From Alphaproteobacteria bacterium MarineAlpha5_Bin9 (lineage in GTDB: Bacteria > Pseudomonadota > Alphaproteobacteria > HIMB59 > GCA-002718135): a DNA stretch of 64,000 bases. This document shows, one piece after another, positions 42,298 through 52,349 of this stretch. The notes below the pieces were generated by a model, which worked only from the letters and a program-made list of their open reading frames with translations, was not told the origin of the DNA and ran no database searches. Made by a program: the position numbers and the translations under genes. How positions within the stretch are numbered: the first letter of the stretch is position 1; each line of letters starts with the position of its first letter. The DNA is taken from the NCBI GenBank assembly GCA_002937895.1, contig PTKV01000010.1, positions 833-64,832 on the forward strand, read 5' to 3'.

Positions 42298-42717
42298 ATG
42301 AATAAAATTCCAAAAAAATATAAGCCAACAAAAAAAGAAAAATTTATGAATTCTAAAATGAAAGAATATTTTAGAGAAAAGCTAATTAAATGGAAAAAAG
42401 ATTTACTTAAAGTTTCATCAAGCACATTAAGTGAACTTCAAAATGAAGAAAATACAATGAAACCAGACATAACAGATAGAGCTAGTGATGAAATACAAAG
42501 AAATATTGAATTAAGAACTAGAGATAGGGAGAGAAAATTAATTTTAAAGATAGATGATGCTTTAAAAAGAATAGATGATGGGACTTACGGATATTGTGAA
42601 GAAACTGGCGATCCAATAAGTTTAAAAAGATTAGAAGCTAGACCAGTTGCTACATTAAGCGTCGAGGCGCAAGAAATGCATGAAAAAAATGAAAAAATAA
42701 ATACTATCAATAGATAA
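42298..42717 (+). CDS. dksA: RNA polymerase-binding transcription factor DksA (Cys-poor, zinc-finger-less variant)
   Basis: FMNSKMKEYFREKLIKWKKDLL, coiled-coil tip DITDRASDE (DxxDxA), and C-terminal YGYCEETGDPISLKRLEARPVATLSVEAQ. I set the start at ATG 42298; the tracked TTG extension is unlikely. Confidence 0.85.
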   Translation: MNKIPKKYKPTKKEKFMNSKMKEYFREKLIKWKKDLLKVSSSTLSELQNEENTMKPDITDRASDEIQRNIELRTRDRERKLILKIDDALKRIDDGTYGYCEETGDPISLKRLEARPVATLSVEAQEMHEKNEKINTINR

Positions 42718-42737
42718 TTAATGTAAAAGTAAGTTTA

Positions 42738-43730
42738 ATGTCTCTAATAGATAGCTACAATAGAAAAATTTCATATTTAAGATTATCAGTTACTGATCGA
42801 TGTGATTTGAGGTGTTTATATTGCATGAAAGAAAAAATGAATTTTTTGCCTAAAAAAGATTTACTTTCTTTTGAAGAAATAAGCAGATTGTGTGATAATT
42901 TTATAGATTTAGGAGTTAATAAAATTAGATTAACAGGGGGGGAGCCATTAGTAAGAAAAAATATAATTGATTTAATTCAATTATTAGGATCAAAAATTGA
43001 TAATTCATCATTAAAAGAACTGACTATTACAACAAATGGAACTTTGCTTAGTAAGTATGCAGAAAAAATAAAAAAAAGTGGAATAAATAGAATAAATATT
43101 TCATTAGATACATTAAATAAAAAAAAATATAAAGAAATAACTAGATTTGGATTACTAGACAAAGTTTTAGAAGGAATTAAAATAGCAAAAAAAAATGATT
43201 TAGAAATTAAAATTAATACCGTTGCTTTAAAAAATTTTAATGATGATGAATTTGAAAAAATTTTATTATGGTGTAACAAAAATAAATTAGATTTAACATT
43301 TATTGAAGTAATGCCAATGAATGAAACAGATTCTCATCGTTATTTACAATTTATTCCACTTGATAATTTATACGAAAATCTAAATAAAAAATTCAATTTT
43401 TTCAAAATTGACAAAAATACAGGCGGGCCATCTAAATATTATAAAAGTGAGAAGTTAGATATAAATATAGGATTCATAACTCCTTTAACAAATAATTTTT
43501 GTGCGAACTGCAATAGAGTTAGAATTACGAGTACAGGTAGATTATATTTATGCTTAGGACAAAATGAATATGTTGATTTCAGAGATATTTTAAGAAATGA
43601 CTTTACAGACTCTTATATAAAAGAAAAAATATTATTTGCATTAAATATCAAGCCTAAAGAACATAATTTTATCATTGAAAAAAATGTTAAGCCTTATATG
43701 CAAAGATTCATGAATGTAACTGGTGGTTAA
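42738..43730 (+). CDS. moaA: GTP 3',8-cyclase (molybdenum cofactor biosynthesis protein A)
   Basis: Radical-SAM cluster CDLRCLYC, the RLTGGEPL motif, a C-terminal second cluster region (CANCNRVRITSTGRLYLC) and a terminal GG. Confidence 0.9.
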   Translation: MSLIDSYNRKISYLRLSVTDRCDLRCLYCMKEKMNFLPKKDLLSFEEISRLCDNFIDLGVNKIRLTGGEPLVRKNIIDLIQLLGSKIDNSSLKELTITTNGTLLSKYAEKIKKSGINRINISLDTLNKKKYKEITRFGLLDKVLEGIKIAKKNDLEIKINTVALKNFNDDEFEKILLWCNKNKLDLTFIEVMPMNETDSHRYLQFIPLDNLYENLNKKFNFFKIDKNTGGPSKYYKSEKLDINIGFITPLTNNFCANCNRVRITSTGRLYLCLGQNEYVDFRDILRNDFTDSYIKEKILFALNIKPKEHNFIIEKNVKPYMQRFMNVTGG

Positions 43731-44488
43731 TGAAATTTCATTTTACTGCTGCTAATATTAAAGAAGCTCAAGAAGCAAAAGAAAAATATATTAATAAATA
43801 TAATCAAACAATAGTATCTGAAGCAGATATAATTATTGCTATTGGTGGTGATGGTTTTTTATTAAAAACAATTCACGACTTTAAAGATTTAAAAAAATCT
43901 TTTTATGGGATTAATTATGGCTCTATTGGATTTTTAATGAATAAAGACGAAGATAAAGATCTACATAATATAATGAATAAGTCTCAAAAAATAAAAATAA
44001 AACCCTTACTTATGCAAGGTATTGATGTAAATAAAAATAAATTTCAATCAATTGCTTTTAATGAAGTATCCCTAATGAGGGAAACGCACCAAGCTGCAAA
44101 ATTAAAAATACTAATCAATGAAATTATAAGATTAGAGGAATTAGTTTGTGATGGTATACTTGTTTCTACACCTGCTGGAAGTACAGCTTATAACTTTTCC
44201 GCTCATGGAAGCATTATTCCTCTGGATTCTAAACTTTTAGCTTTAACACCTATAAGTGCTTTTAGGCCAAGAAGATGGAGGGGTGCTTTATTATCTGAAA
44301 ATACAAAAATTAAAATAATTTCAAATAACATAGAAAAACGTCCGGTTAGTGTTACAGCAGATCACAATGAATTTAGAAATATCATAGAAGTTGAAATACA
44401 AACCTCAAAAAATTTTACTGTCGAATTGTTATTTGATAACAATCATTCAATTGAAGAAAAAATTTTAAATGAACAATTTTATTCTTGA
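43730..44488 (+). CDS. nadK: NAD kinase
   Basis: GGDGFLL motif, plus DGILVSTPAGSTAYNFSAHG. Confidence 0.88.
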   Translation: MKFHFTAANIKEAQEAKEKYINKYNQTIVSEADIIIAIGGDGFLLKTIHDFKDLKKSFYGINYGSIGFLMNKDEDKDLHNIMNKSQKIKIKPLLMQGIDVNKNKFQSIAFNEVSLMRETHQAAKLKILINEIIRLEELVCDGILVSTPAGSTAYNFSAHGSIIPLDSKLLALTPISAFRPRRWRGALLSENTKIKIISNNIEKRPVSVTADHNEFRNIIEVEIQTSKNFTVELLFDNNHSIEEKILNEQFYS

Positions 44489-44493
44489 TTTTT

Positions 44494-44874
44494 TTAAGTT
44501 TCTGCAAAGGCGCAAATTTTATTTCCGTCTAAATCTCTCAAGTAAGCATAATAGTTTTCATCATGTCTAGGTCCAGGATTCCCTTCATTAGTAGCACCTA
44601 GTTCAAGAGCTCTCTTATGTATCTCATTTACTTTTTCAGTTGTTTTGGCATCAAACGAGATCATAGTTCCATTTCCAATTGTTGCATTTTTTTTATTAAA
44701 AGGGATCATAATATAAAAATTTGCTATTAATTTATTTTTTTTTTCTTTTGCATAACCAATATATCTTCCCTCTTCTTCATCTACTCTAGTAATATCTATA
44801 ATTTTTAAAATTTCATCATAAAATTTTGAACTTTTTTTTAAATCATTTGTTCCAAGTGTAACAAATCTAATCAT
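44494..44874 (-). CDS. Glyoxalase/bleomycin-resistance/dioxygenase (VOC) family protein
   Basis: 126 aa with the typical VOC beta-alpha-beta-beta-beta pattern (IRFVTLGTNDLKKSSKFYDEIL ... AYLRDLDGNKI). Confidence 0.65.
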   Translation of the reverse strand: MIRFVTLGTNDLKKSSKFYDEILKIIDITRVDEEEGRYIGYAKEKKNKLIANFYIMIPFNKKNATIGNGTMISFDAKTTEKVNEIHKRALELGATNEGNPGPRHDENYYAYLRDLDGNKICAFAET

Positions 44875-44903
44875 ATAAAAATCCTTTATTTTAATAATTA
44901 ATA

Positions 44904-44988
44904 TGGTAGCCGCGACTGGACTTGAACCAGCACTCCCAAAAGGGCAAGGATTTTAAGTCCTTTGTGTCTACCATTCCACCACGCGGCC
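44904..44988 (-). tRNA. tRNA-Leu (anticodon UAA), CCA encoded
   Basis: The reverse complement, GGCCGCGTGGTGGAATGGTAGACACAAAGGACTTAAAATCCTTGCCCTTTTGGGAGTGCTGGTTCAAGTCCAGTCGCGGCTACCA, folds as a cloverleaf. It has a 7-bp acceptor stem, anticodon loop CTTAAAA, a long variable arm (class II tRNA), T-loop GGTTCAAGTCC, and a 3' ACCA. Confidence 0.93.
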
Positions 44989-45003
44989 AAAAAAAACTAT
45001 CTA

Positions 45004-45750
45004 TCAGAGTATTAAACTTTTTCCACCTAATAATGATATCATTTTCTTAATTTCTTTAATGATTTTTGATAAATCATCTTTTTGCCAAGAAGAAATAACA
45101 ATATTTACTCCTCCTATTTTTTTCACAAAATTGAAATAAGGGTAACTACCAATATCAAAATCAGGAAATTTTTTTTGAATATTTGATAATTTTTTTGCAA
45201 TTTTACTCTCAAATAAATCAGTTTTTAAAGTGATTGAAACAGTTTTTTTACCTTTTTTTAAATCTATTAGTATAGATTTAAACATAACTTCCATTATTGA
45301 TGGAACACCTGGCAAAACATAAATGTTTTTAATGATAAAACCTGGAGCAGAGGTTAATGGATTCAGAATTAATTTACAACCCTCTGGCAACATAGCCATT
45401 TTTTTTCTACCTGTGTTTAATCTCTTATTAGAATAATGATTTTTTAAGATTTTATATGCCTCTTTATTTAAAATTACTTTTTTTTTAAATGCTTTAGCAA
45501 TACTTTCTGTCGTTATATCATCATGAGTAGGCCCAATACCTCCTGTAGTAAAAACATAATTAAATTTTTTCCTATAATCTTTTACTGTATCTATAATAAT
45601 TTTTTTATTATCAGGAATTATTTTAATTTCAGATAATTGAATTCCTGATTTTATCAAATGTTTTGCAATAAAATTTGAATTTTTATCATGAGTTCTTCCT
45701 GATAAAATTTCATTACCTATAATTATTATTCCTGCTGTAATTTTTTTCAT
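45004..45750 (-). CDS. CinA-like molybdopterin-binding (MoCF_biosynth) domain protein
   Basis: 248 aa with an N-terminus IIIIGNEILSGRTHDKNSNFIAKHL and TTGGIGPTHDDIT, typical of the CinA N-terminal/MoaB-fold domain. Confidence 0.75.
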   Translation of the reverse strand: MKKITAGIIIIGNEILSGRTHDKNSNFIAKHLIKSGIQLSEIKIIPDNKKIIIDTVKDYRKKFNYVFTTGGIGPTHDDITTESIAKAFKKKVILNKEAYKILKNHYSNKRLNTGRKKMAMLPEGCKLILNPLTSAPGFIIKNIYVLPGVPSIMEVMFKSILIDLKKGKKTVSITLKTDLFESKIAKKLSNIQKKFPDFDIGSYPYFNFVKKIGGVNIVISSWQKDDLSKIIKEIKKMISLLGGKSLIL

Positions 45751-45834
45751 AAAAATCTTATTTATATATTATAATTATAAATATAATTTGTCTTAAATAT
45801 TTAAGTATTTATATAATTAGTATAAAGAATAACT

Positions 45835-46623
45835 ATGAATAACATTCCAATACATAAATTTAAAGACTTTGAAGGTATGAGAAAGGCAGGAAAATTAACT
45901 GCTAAAATACTTGATGAACTAAATGATATAATTCAACCTGGTATTTCAACTGACAAAATAAATAATTTTTGTCATGATATGATTTTAGATAACGGGGCCA
46001 CTCCTGCTCCTTTAGGATACAGAGGATTTCCAAAATCAATTTGCACATCTGTAAATCATATAGTTTGTCATGGAATACCTAGTGAAAACAAAATTTTACA
46101 AAGTGGAGATATTATTAACATAGATGTAACGGTAATTTTAAATGGTTGGCATGGAGATAGTTCTCGAATGTTTGTAGTAGGAAGAATTAACAAAAAAGCA
46201 GAAAATTTAATTAAAATAACTTATGAGTGTCTTCTAAAGGGAATAGAAGTGGCTATTCCAGGAAATCATTTTGGAGATATAGGGTATCAAATTCAAAAAT
46301 ACGCTGAGTCAAAAAAATATTCTGTTGTAAGAGATTTTTGTGGACATGGAATAGGAAAAATATTTCACACCCCCCCAAGTGTTCTTCATTTTGGAAAGCC
46401 TAATGAAGGTGATGAAATTAAACCAGGAATGTTTTTTACTATTGAGCCAATGATAAATATCGGAAAAAAAGAAGTTAAAATACTTAATGATGGATGGACA
46501 GCTGTAACTAGAGATAAATCTTTGTCAGCTCAATTTGAACACACAATAGGAATAACTGAAAAAGGTAATGAAATATTTACTTTATCTCAAAATAATTCTT
46601 ATTTTCCTTTAAATATATTATAA
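45835..46623 (+). CDS. map: Methionine aminopeptidase type I
   Basis: M24A metal ligand regions (DIINIDVTVILNGWHGDSS, GHGIGKIFH, FTIEPM, FEHTI). Confidence 0.93.
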   Translation: MNNIPIHKFKDFEGMRKAGKLTAKILDELNDIIQPGISTDKINNFCHDMILDNGATPAPLGYRGFPKSICTSVNHIVCHGIPSENKILQSGDIINIDVTVILNGWHGDSSRMFVVGRINKKAENLIKITYECLLKGIEVAIPGNHFGDIGYQIQKYAESKKYSVVRDFCGHGIGKIFHTPPSVLHFGKPNEGDEIKPGMFFTIEPMINIGKKEVKILNDGWTAVTRDKSLSAQFEHTIGITEKGNEIFTLSQNNSYFPLNIL

Positions 46624-46630
46624 TAAAAAT

Positions 46631-47917
46631 ATGATACCTAGATATTCCTCAAAAAAAATTGAAAAAATATGGTCTTCGGAAAATAAATTTTCTATATGGC
46701 TAAAGATAGAATGTTTGATTGCAGAAAAACTTTCTATAGATGGTACTATTCCTAAAAAAGCCTATTTAGACATTAAAAGAAAATCAAAATTTAATGTCAA
46801 AGAAATAAATAAAATTGAAAAAAAAACTAAACACGATGTTATCGCATTTATTGAAAATGTCAGTAGCTATATTGGTTCTAGTTCCAAATTTTTTCATTAC
46901 GGAGTTACGTCAAGTGACATTATTGATACAGCTTTTTCTTTGCAATTAAAACAATCTAGTGAGATAATTTTAAACGAATTAAAACAATTTTTAAAAATTT
47001 TAAAAAAAAATTCTATCAAATATAAAAATACTATTATGATTGGTAGAAGTCATGGTATCCATGCAGAACCAATTACATTTGGATTAAAACTTTTAACTTT
47101 TTATTCTGAATTCAAAAGAAATTATGATAGATTAAAAAATGCAAAAGAAGAAATTTCTATATGTTCTATTTCTGGTCCTGTAGGAACATATAATTCAATT
47201 AATCCTAAAATTGAGAAGTATGTAGCAAAGAAACTTAATCTTAAAACTGAAAATATTTCAACTCAAATTATTCCTCGGGATAGACATGCTATATTTTTTA
47301 GTGTTCTAGGAATTATTGCCTCATCAGTAGAAAGATTAGCAGTTGAAATTAGACATCTACAAAGAACGGAAGTTCAAGAAGTAGAGGAATTTTTTGATGC
47401 TGGTCAAAAAGGATCTTCGGCTATGCCGCATAAAAAAAATCCAATATTAAGTGAAAATGTTACTGGTCTAGCTAGATATATTAGAAGTAATGTAATCCCA
47501 TCTATGGAAAATATAGCTCTATGGCATGAAAGAGATATCAGTCATTCAAGTGTTGAAAGAATAATCGCTCCAGATTCAACTATAGCAACTACCTTTATTA
47601 TCTCAAGAATTTCTAAAATTATTAATAAATTAAAAATATACCCAAAAAACATGAAAAAAAATATGGACTTTTTAGGTGGAGCTAATTTAAGTCAATTAAT
47701 TTTACTTGAATTGATCAAAAAAGGCCTGTCTAGAAAAAAATCATATGAAATAATACAATCAATCGCAATAAAATCATATAAACAAAGAAATTTTAAAGAT
47801 ATTTTAAAAAAAGATTCAAGAATTAAAAGACTTTTAAGTAATAATGAAATTAATAAATTAATATCAGATAATAAAATAGATAATCTTGATTTAATTTTTA
47901 AAAAAGTTTTAAAATAA
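46631..47917 (+). CDS. purB: Adenylosuccinate lyase
   Basis: Fumarate-lyase signature GSSAMPHKKNP, with length and N-terminus typical of PurB. Confidence 0.93.
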   Translation: MIPRYSSKKIEKIWSSENKFSIWLKIECLIAEKLSIDGTIPKKAYLDIKRKSKFNVKEINKIEKKTKHDVIAFIENVSSYIGSSSKFFHYGVTSSDIIDTAFSLQLKQSSEIILNELKQFLKILKKNSIKYKNTIMIGRSHGIHAEPITFGLKLLTFYSEFKRNYDRLKNAKEEISICSISGPVGTYNSINPKIEKYVAKKLNLKTENISTQIIPRDRHAIFFSVLGIIASSVERLAVEIRHLQRTEVQEVEEFFDAGQKGSSAMPHKKNPILSENVTGLARYIRSNVIPSMENIALWHERDISHSSVERIIAPDSTIATTFIISRISKIINKLKIYPKNMKKNMDFLGGANLSQLILLELIKKGLSRKKSYEIIQSIAIKSYKQRNFKDILKKDSRIKRLLSNNEINKLISDNKIDNLDLIFKKVLK

Positions 47918-47921
47918 ATTT

Positions 47922-48155
47922 ATGTCAATGAAAAAAGAAGAAATAATTAGCTTAATAAGGAAATCTATTCCTGATGCAAAAATTAAATTAGAAGAATTAA
48001 AAGATGATGGAGATCATTATAAAGCTATGATAAAATCAAAAACATTTAATGGAAAAAGTAAATTAGAGCAGCATAAAATGGTTTATAAATCTTTAAAAGG
48101 AAAAATGGGCAATGAATTACATGCTCTTATGCTAAATACTATGGAGGATGAATAA
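47922..48155 (+). CDS. BolA-family protein
   Basis: 77 aa with the BolA-like pattern (GDHYKAMIKSKTFNGKSKLEQHKMVYKSL...ELHAL). Directly upstream of a monothiol glutaredoxin, its classical partner. Confidence 0.75.
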   Translation: MSMKKEEIISLIRKSIPDAKIKLEELKDDGDHYKAMIKSKTFNGKSKLEQHKMVYKSLKGKMGNELHALMLNTMEDE

Positions 48156-48158
48156 AAT

Positions 48159-48497
48159 ATGAATGAAAAAAATATTGATGTAACTGAATTAATAAATAAT
48201 GAAATAAATACTAATGATATTGTTCTATTTATGAAAGGAACACCAGTTTTCCCTATGTGTGGTTTTTCAGCTGCAGTTGTTGAAATCTTATCAAATTTGA
48301 AAATAAAATTCAAAAGTATTAATGTGCTTGAAAGTGACGATTTAAGAGAAGGTATAAAAAAATATTCTGATTGGCCAACAATTCCTCAATTATATATAAA
48401 AAAAGAATTTATTGGTGGATGTGATATAATAAAAGAAATGTATGAAAATGGAGAATTAGTAAAATTATTAAATTCAAAAAATATTGAAGTAAATTAA
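48159..48497 (+). CDS. grxD: Monothiol glutaredoxin (Grx4/GrxD type)
   Basis: CGFS active site (FPMCGFSAAVV) and WPTIPQLYIKKEFIGGCDI. Confidence 0.93.
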   Translation: MNEKNIDVTELINNEINTNDIVLFMKGTPVFPMCGFSAAVVEILSNLKIKFKSINVLESDDLREGIKKYSDWPTIPQLYIKKEFIGGCDIIKEMYENGELVKLLNSKNIEVN

Positions 48498-48500
48498 AAA

Positions 48501-49403
48501 TTGAAAGAATCTCTTTATAAAGGAATTATCTATGCATCTATAGCTTCAATTTTTTGGGGTCTTCCTACACCAATTTATTTTAATGAATTAAAATCTGTTA
48601 ATGCAATTGAGGTAGTTTGTCATAGAGCAATATGGTCTTTTTTATTTCTTTTATTAATAATTATTTTATTAGGACGATTTAGAGAGTTCATAAATATTTT
48701 TTCAAATAAAACTCATTTTTTTTGTTTATCTTTAACTGGCATTTTAATATCAATTAATTGGCTTGGATTCATTTTATCTATTAATATAAATAAACTTCAA
48801 GATGCTTCTATGGGATACTATATAAGTCCAATTATAAGCATAGGTCTTGGATATTTATTTTTTAAAGAAAAAATGACAACATTAAAAAAAATTTCGCTTT
48901 TGTTAATGATTCTATCTATTTTAATTTTATTGATTTCTATTAAAACTATTCCTTACATAGCGTTTATTATAGCTTTTAGTTGGAGTATATATGGCTTAGT
49001 TAGAAAAAAAATCAAAATGTCTGCAGAAATAGGATTAATTTTTGAATCAGGCTTTGTTACTATTTTTGCTTTAATTTATTTGTTTGTTTATAATCAATCT
49101 GATTTTGTAAATGAAAATTACTATATTAAATTTCTTTTAATTTTTACTGGTATAATAACTATTTTTCCTCTTTTTGTTTTTAATATTGGACTAAAATATC
49201 TCCCTCTTGGATTAGCAGGTTCTATTTTTTACTTAGCTCCTACTTTCTTTTTCATAACATCAATTGTAATTTTTAATGAACAATTATTATATTACAAATT
49301 AATTTCTTTCATTATTATTTGGATTGCAGTTATTATATTTATTTATGATAATTTAAAAATAGATTCAAAAATCAGCGAGAATAAAACTCAATTACCAAGT
49401 TAG
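48501..49403 (+). CDS. rarD: EamA/RarD-type drug-metabolite transporter (10 TM)
   Basis: 300 aa DMT-superfamily protein. The [20 protein letters not shown] region resembles RarD. TTG start 3 nt after the grxD stop; the 3' end overlaps rpsD by 32 nt. Confidence 0.65.
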   Translation: MKESLYKGIIYASIASIFWGLPTPIYFNELKSVNAIEVVCHRAIWSFLFLLLIIILLGRFREFINIFSNKTHFFCLSLTGILISINWLGFILSININKLQDASMGYYISPIISIGLGYLFFKEKMTTLKKISLLLMILSILILLISIKTIPYIAFIIAFSWSIYGLVRKKIKMSAEIGLIFESGFVTIFALIYLFVYNQSDFVNENYYIKFLLIFTGIITIFPLFVFNIGLKYLPLGLAGSIFYLAPTFFFITSIVIFNEQLLYYKLISFIIIWIAVIIFIYDNLKIDSKISENKTQLPS

Positions 49404-49992
49404 GCTCCATTGTAACTGGATAAGGAACATCATGCATTAAGGGGGCTCTTAAAAATCTTCCCTTTAGTTCTTTTTGATCTACTTCTAAATATTCTGGAAT
49501 TTCTCTTTCCTGAGAAATTATTGACTCTTGAACAATATTTATTTTTTTACTATCTTCTTTTACCTCAACTATATCTTCATCTTTTACACTATAAGAAGGT
49601 ATAGTAACTCTTTTACCATTAACTTTTACATGTCCATGGTTAACAAATTGACGAGCCGAAAAAATTGTTGGTACAAATTTCATTCTATATACAACAGAGT
49701 CTAAACGCCTTTCCAATAATTCTATTAAAATTTGTCCAGTATCACCTTTTAGGTTAGAGGCTTTTTTATAAATATTTCTAAACTGAGTTTCAGTTAAATC
49801 TCCATAGTAAAATCTGAGTTTCTGTTTTGCAAAAAGTTGAGTGCCATAATCAGACAATTTTCTTTTTTGGCCAACAACTCCATGTTGTCCAGGTCTAGAA
49901 TTCCTTCTATTAAATGGACTTTTAGGACGTCCCCATAAATTACAGCCTAATCTTCTGTCAATTTTATATTTAGCAATAGATCTTTTTGTCAT
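49372..49992 (-). CDS. rpsD: 30S ribosomal protein S4
   Basis: 206 aa with the S4 N-domain ([19 protein letters not shown]) and the S4 RNA-binding domain ([11 protein letters not shown]...[11 protein letters not shown]). Confidence 0.96.
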   Translation of the reverse strand: MTKRSIAKYKIDRRLGCNLWGRPKSPFNRRNSRPGQHGVVGQKRKLSDYGTQLFAKQKLRFYYGDLTETQFRNIYKKASNLKGDTGQILIELLERRLDSVVYRMKFVPTIFSARQFVNHGHVKVNGKRVTIPSYSVKDEDIVEVKEDSKKINIVQESIISQEREIPEYLEVDQKELKGRFLRAPLMHDVPYPVTMEPNLVIEFYSR

Positions 49993-50005
49993 TTATTTAT
50001 TAGGC

Positions 50006-50033
50006 CTTATAACAATAACTTTTAACATGTCAA
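50006..50033 (-). promoter_or_regulatory. Candidate sigma70-type promoter for rpsD
   Basis: On the minus strand: a perfect -35 TTGACA (50033..50028), a 16-nt spacer, and -10 TATAAG (50011..50006). Only 13 nt separate the -10 from the rpsD ATG at 49992, and no Shine-Dalgarno is visible. Confidence 0.45.
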
Positions 50034-50043
50034 TTGTTGAAAA

Positions 50044-50766
50044 CTATCTTTTTCTAGGTTTTGCGATGCTTTTTAAAGCGCCCCATAAAGATTGAATTTC
50101 TTTAGGAGATAATTTAGCTTTCATGAAAATAGATTGGATATTTTGAAAAATTGAGTCTGATTTTTGTATAGGAAATAAATAACCAGATTTTTTTAATTCT
50201 ATTTTCAGAAAATTTAAAAATTTTAGTAAGTTTTTTTTATTTGAAATATTTTCATTAATATCATTTTTTTTAATTTTATTTTTTGAATAAAATTCTTTCC
50301 ATTTATAAGCAAATATCAATACCGCATGAGATAAATTTAAAGAAGTATTTTTATTTGAAGTTGGAATTGTAAAAATAAAATCACACAAATTCATATCCTT
50401 ATTAGTAAGTCCCGAATTTTCAGGACCAAATAATATTGCAATATTTGTTACATTAGGAATATTAGAAAATAATAAATCAAAATCATGATAATATTTATTA
50501 AATAAAAACCTTTTTCTTGCTGATGTAGCTATAACTAATTGATATTTTTCAATCCCTTTTTCTAAAGAGTTAAAAACTTTTGCATTCTGAATAATTTTTT
50601 TAGCATTAGATGAAGATTTCAATGCTTTTTGATTAGGCCATTTTTCTCTAGGTGATATAATTACAAGTTTATTTAAGCCATTATTCTGCATTGCTCTTGC
50701 TACTAAACCAATATTTTCTGGAAGTTGAGGCCTTACTAAAACTATAGTAGCTTCAATTTTTTTCAC
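50044..50766 (-). CDS. SpoU/TrmH-family RNA 2'-O-methyltransferase (TrmJ-like)
   Basis: 240 aa with an N-terminus VLVRPQLPENIGLVARAM, plus FGPENSGLTN and LNLSHAV motifs of SPOUT methyltransferases. Confidence 0.8.
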   Translation of the reverse strand: MKKIEATIVLVRPQLPENIGLVARAMQNNGLNKLVIISPREKWPNQKALKSSSNAKKIIQNAKVFNSLEKGIEKYQLVIATSARKRFLFNKYYHDFDLLFSNIPNVTNIAILFGPENSGLTNKDMNLCDFIFTIPTSNKNTSLNLSHAVLIFAYKWKEFYSKNKIKKNDINENISNKKNLLKFLNFLKIELKKSGYLFPIQKSDSIFQNIQSIFMKAKLSPKEIQSLWGALKSIAKPRKR

Positions 50767-52349
50767 TTTTTATTATTTATTTCATTAAATAATTTGTATG
50801 TTATACTATCATGTATAGCATTATAAGAAGCATCAATTATATTTGCTGATATTCCTATAGTAGTCCAATGTTTGTCAGTTTCATCTGATGATTCTATTAT
50901 CACTCTCGTTATTGCACCTGTTCCCATTTCTGGTGAAATAATATTCACTTTATAGTCAGTTAATTTCATATGCTTTAAAGATGGATAAAATGAAATTAAA
51001 GCTTTTCTTAAAGCGCTGTCTATAGCATTTACAGGTCCATTTCCTGTCCCTACAGTCAATATTTCTTGATCCTGAACTTTTACATTTACAGTTGCTTCAG
51101 ATTCGGTAATTAATTCTCCTTTTGCATTCCATCTTCTTTCATCTGTTACCCTAAACCTATTAAGATTAAAAAAATCTTTTATTTGCCCCATTTCTCTTCT
51201 TACTAGTATTTCAAAACTTGCTAAAGCAGTATCATAACTATAACCCTCATATTCTTTTTGCTTTATAGTTTCTAAAATTTTACTAGTTTGATTTTGATCT
51301 GTATTAATATCAATTTTATTTAACTGATTAATTATATTTGATTTGCCTGCTTGATCTGAAATCACAACATCTCTAGAATTTCCAACAATTTTTGGATCAA
51401 TGTGTTCATATGTTTGAGGATTTTTTTCTACAGCTGCAGCATGTAAACCTCCTTTATGAGAAAAAGCATACTCACCAACATATGGCGATTGCTTATTGGA
51501 TTGAATATTAAGAATCTCATTTAAAAGTTTAGAAATATTAAATAACTTATTTAAATTTTCTTGTTTTATATTTAAATTAAAATTAGTTTTAAGAGATAAA
51601 GTTGGTATCAGTGAAATTAAATTAGTATTTCCACATCTTTCACCAAGACCATTAATTGTTCCTTGAACTTGCCTAACACCTGCATTTAAAGCTGCTAAAC
51701 TATTTGCAACGGCATTATCAGTATCATTATGTGCATGAATTCCTAAATTTTTTCCCGGAACAACTTTACAAGCTTCTTCCACAATATTAAAGATTTCATC
51801 AGGCAAAGTTCCACCATTAGTATCGCAAAGTATTACCCACCTAGCGCCAGCCGAAAAAGCTGCCTCAATGCATTTTAAAGAATATTTTTTATCTTTCTTA
51901 AATCCGTCAAAAAAATGTTCTGCATCAAAAATGGCTTCTTTTTTCTTTTTAACAATTTCTCTAATACTTTCATATATCATTTTAATATTTTCATCTTCTG
52001 AGATTTTCAGTGCTTCATTTACTTGAAAAGAAGATGATTTTCCTACAATGCAAATAGCACTAGATTTAGAATTAATTAAAGTATTTAGTCCAGGATCATT
52101 AGCTGCACTATGATTAATTTTTCTAGTCATTCCAAAAGCTGTTAAGAATGAATTTTTGAAATTATTTTTTCTATTAAAAAATTCACTGTCAGTTGGATTA
52201 GCGCCTGGCCAACCACCTTCAATATAATCAATACCTATATCATCTAATGCAGAAGATATAGCTACTTTATCACTAACAGTGAAATTAACTCCAGTTGTTT
52301 GCTGACCATCTCTTAGAGTTGTATCAAATATATATACTTTATTATTCAT
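50763..52349 (-). CDS. cimA: Citramalate synthase / 2-isopropylmalate synthase-family enzyme (CimA-type)
   Basis: DRE-TIM metallolyase motifs FDTTLRDGQQ and HAHNDTDNAVANS. The GGWPGANPTDSEFF segment and the 528-aa length with a LeuA-dimer-like C-domain fit the CimA-type subgroup. Distinguishing CimA from LeuA needs phylogeny. Confidence 0.7.
   Translation of the reverse strand: MNNKVYIFDTTLRDGQQTTGVNFTVSDKVAISSALDDIGIDYIEGGWPGANPTDSEFFNRKNNFKNSFLTAFGMTRKINHSAANDPGLNTLINSKSSAICIVGKSSSFQVNEALKISEDENIKMIYESIREIVKKKKEAIFDAEHFFDGFKKDKKYSLKCIEAAFSAGARWVILCDTNGGTLPDEIFNIVEEACKVVPGKNLGIHAHNDTDNAVANSLAALNAGVRQVQGTINGLGERCGNTNLISLIPTLSLKTNFNLNIKQENLNKLFNISKLLNEILNIQSNKQSPYVGEYAFSHKGGLHAAAVEKNPQTYEHIDPKIVGNSRDVVISDQAGKSNIINQLNKIDINTDQNQTSKILETIKQKEYEGYSYDTALASFEILVRREMGQIKDFFNLNRFRVTDERRWNAKGELITESEATVNVKVQDQEILTVGTGNGPVNAIDSALRKALISFYPSLKHMKLTDYKVNIISPEMGTGAITRVIIESSDETDKHWTTIGISANIIDASYNAIHDSITYKLFNEINNKK

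Noticed and set aside
45792-45805. Perfect 14-bp palindrome CTTAAATATTTAAG in the divergent cinA-like/map spacer.
   Set aside because: It is composed almost entirely of A/T. By my rough estimate about ten perfect 14-bp palindromes are expected by chance in 64 kb at this composition. No second copy or related regulator is seen, so I consider it probably compositional.
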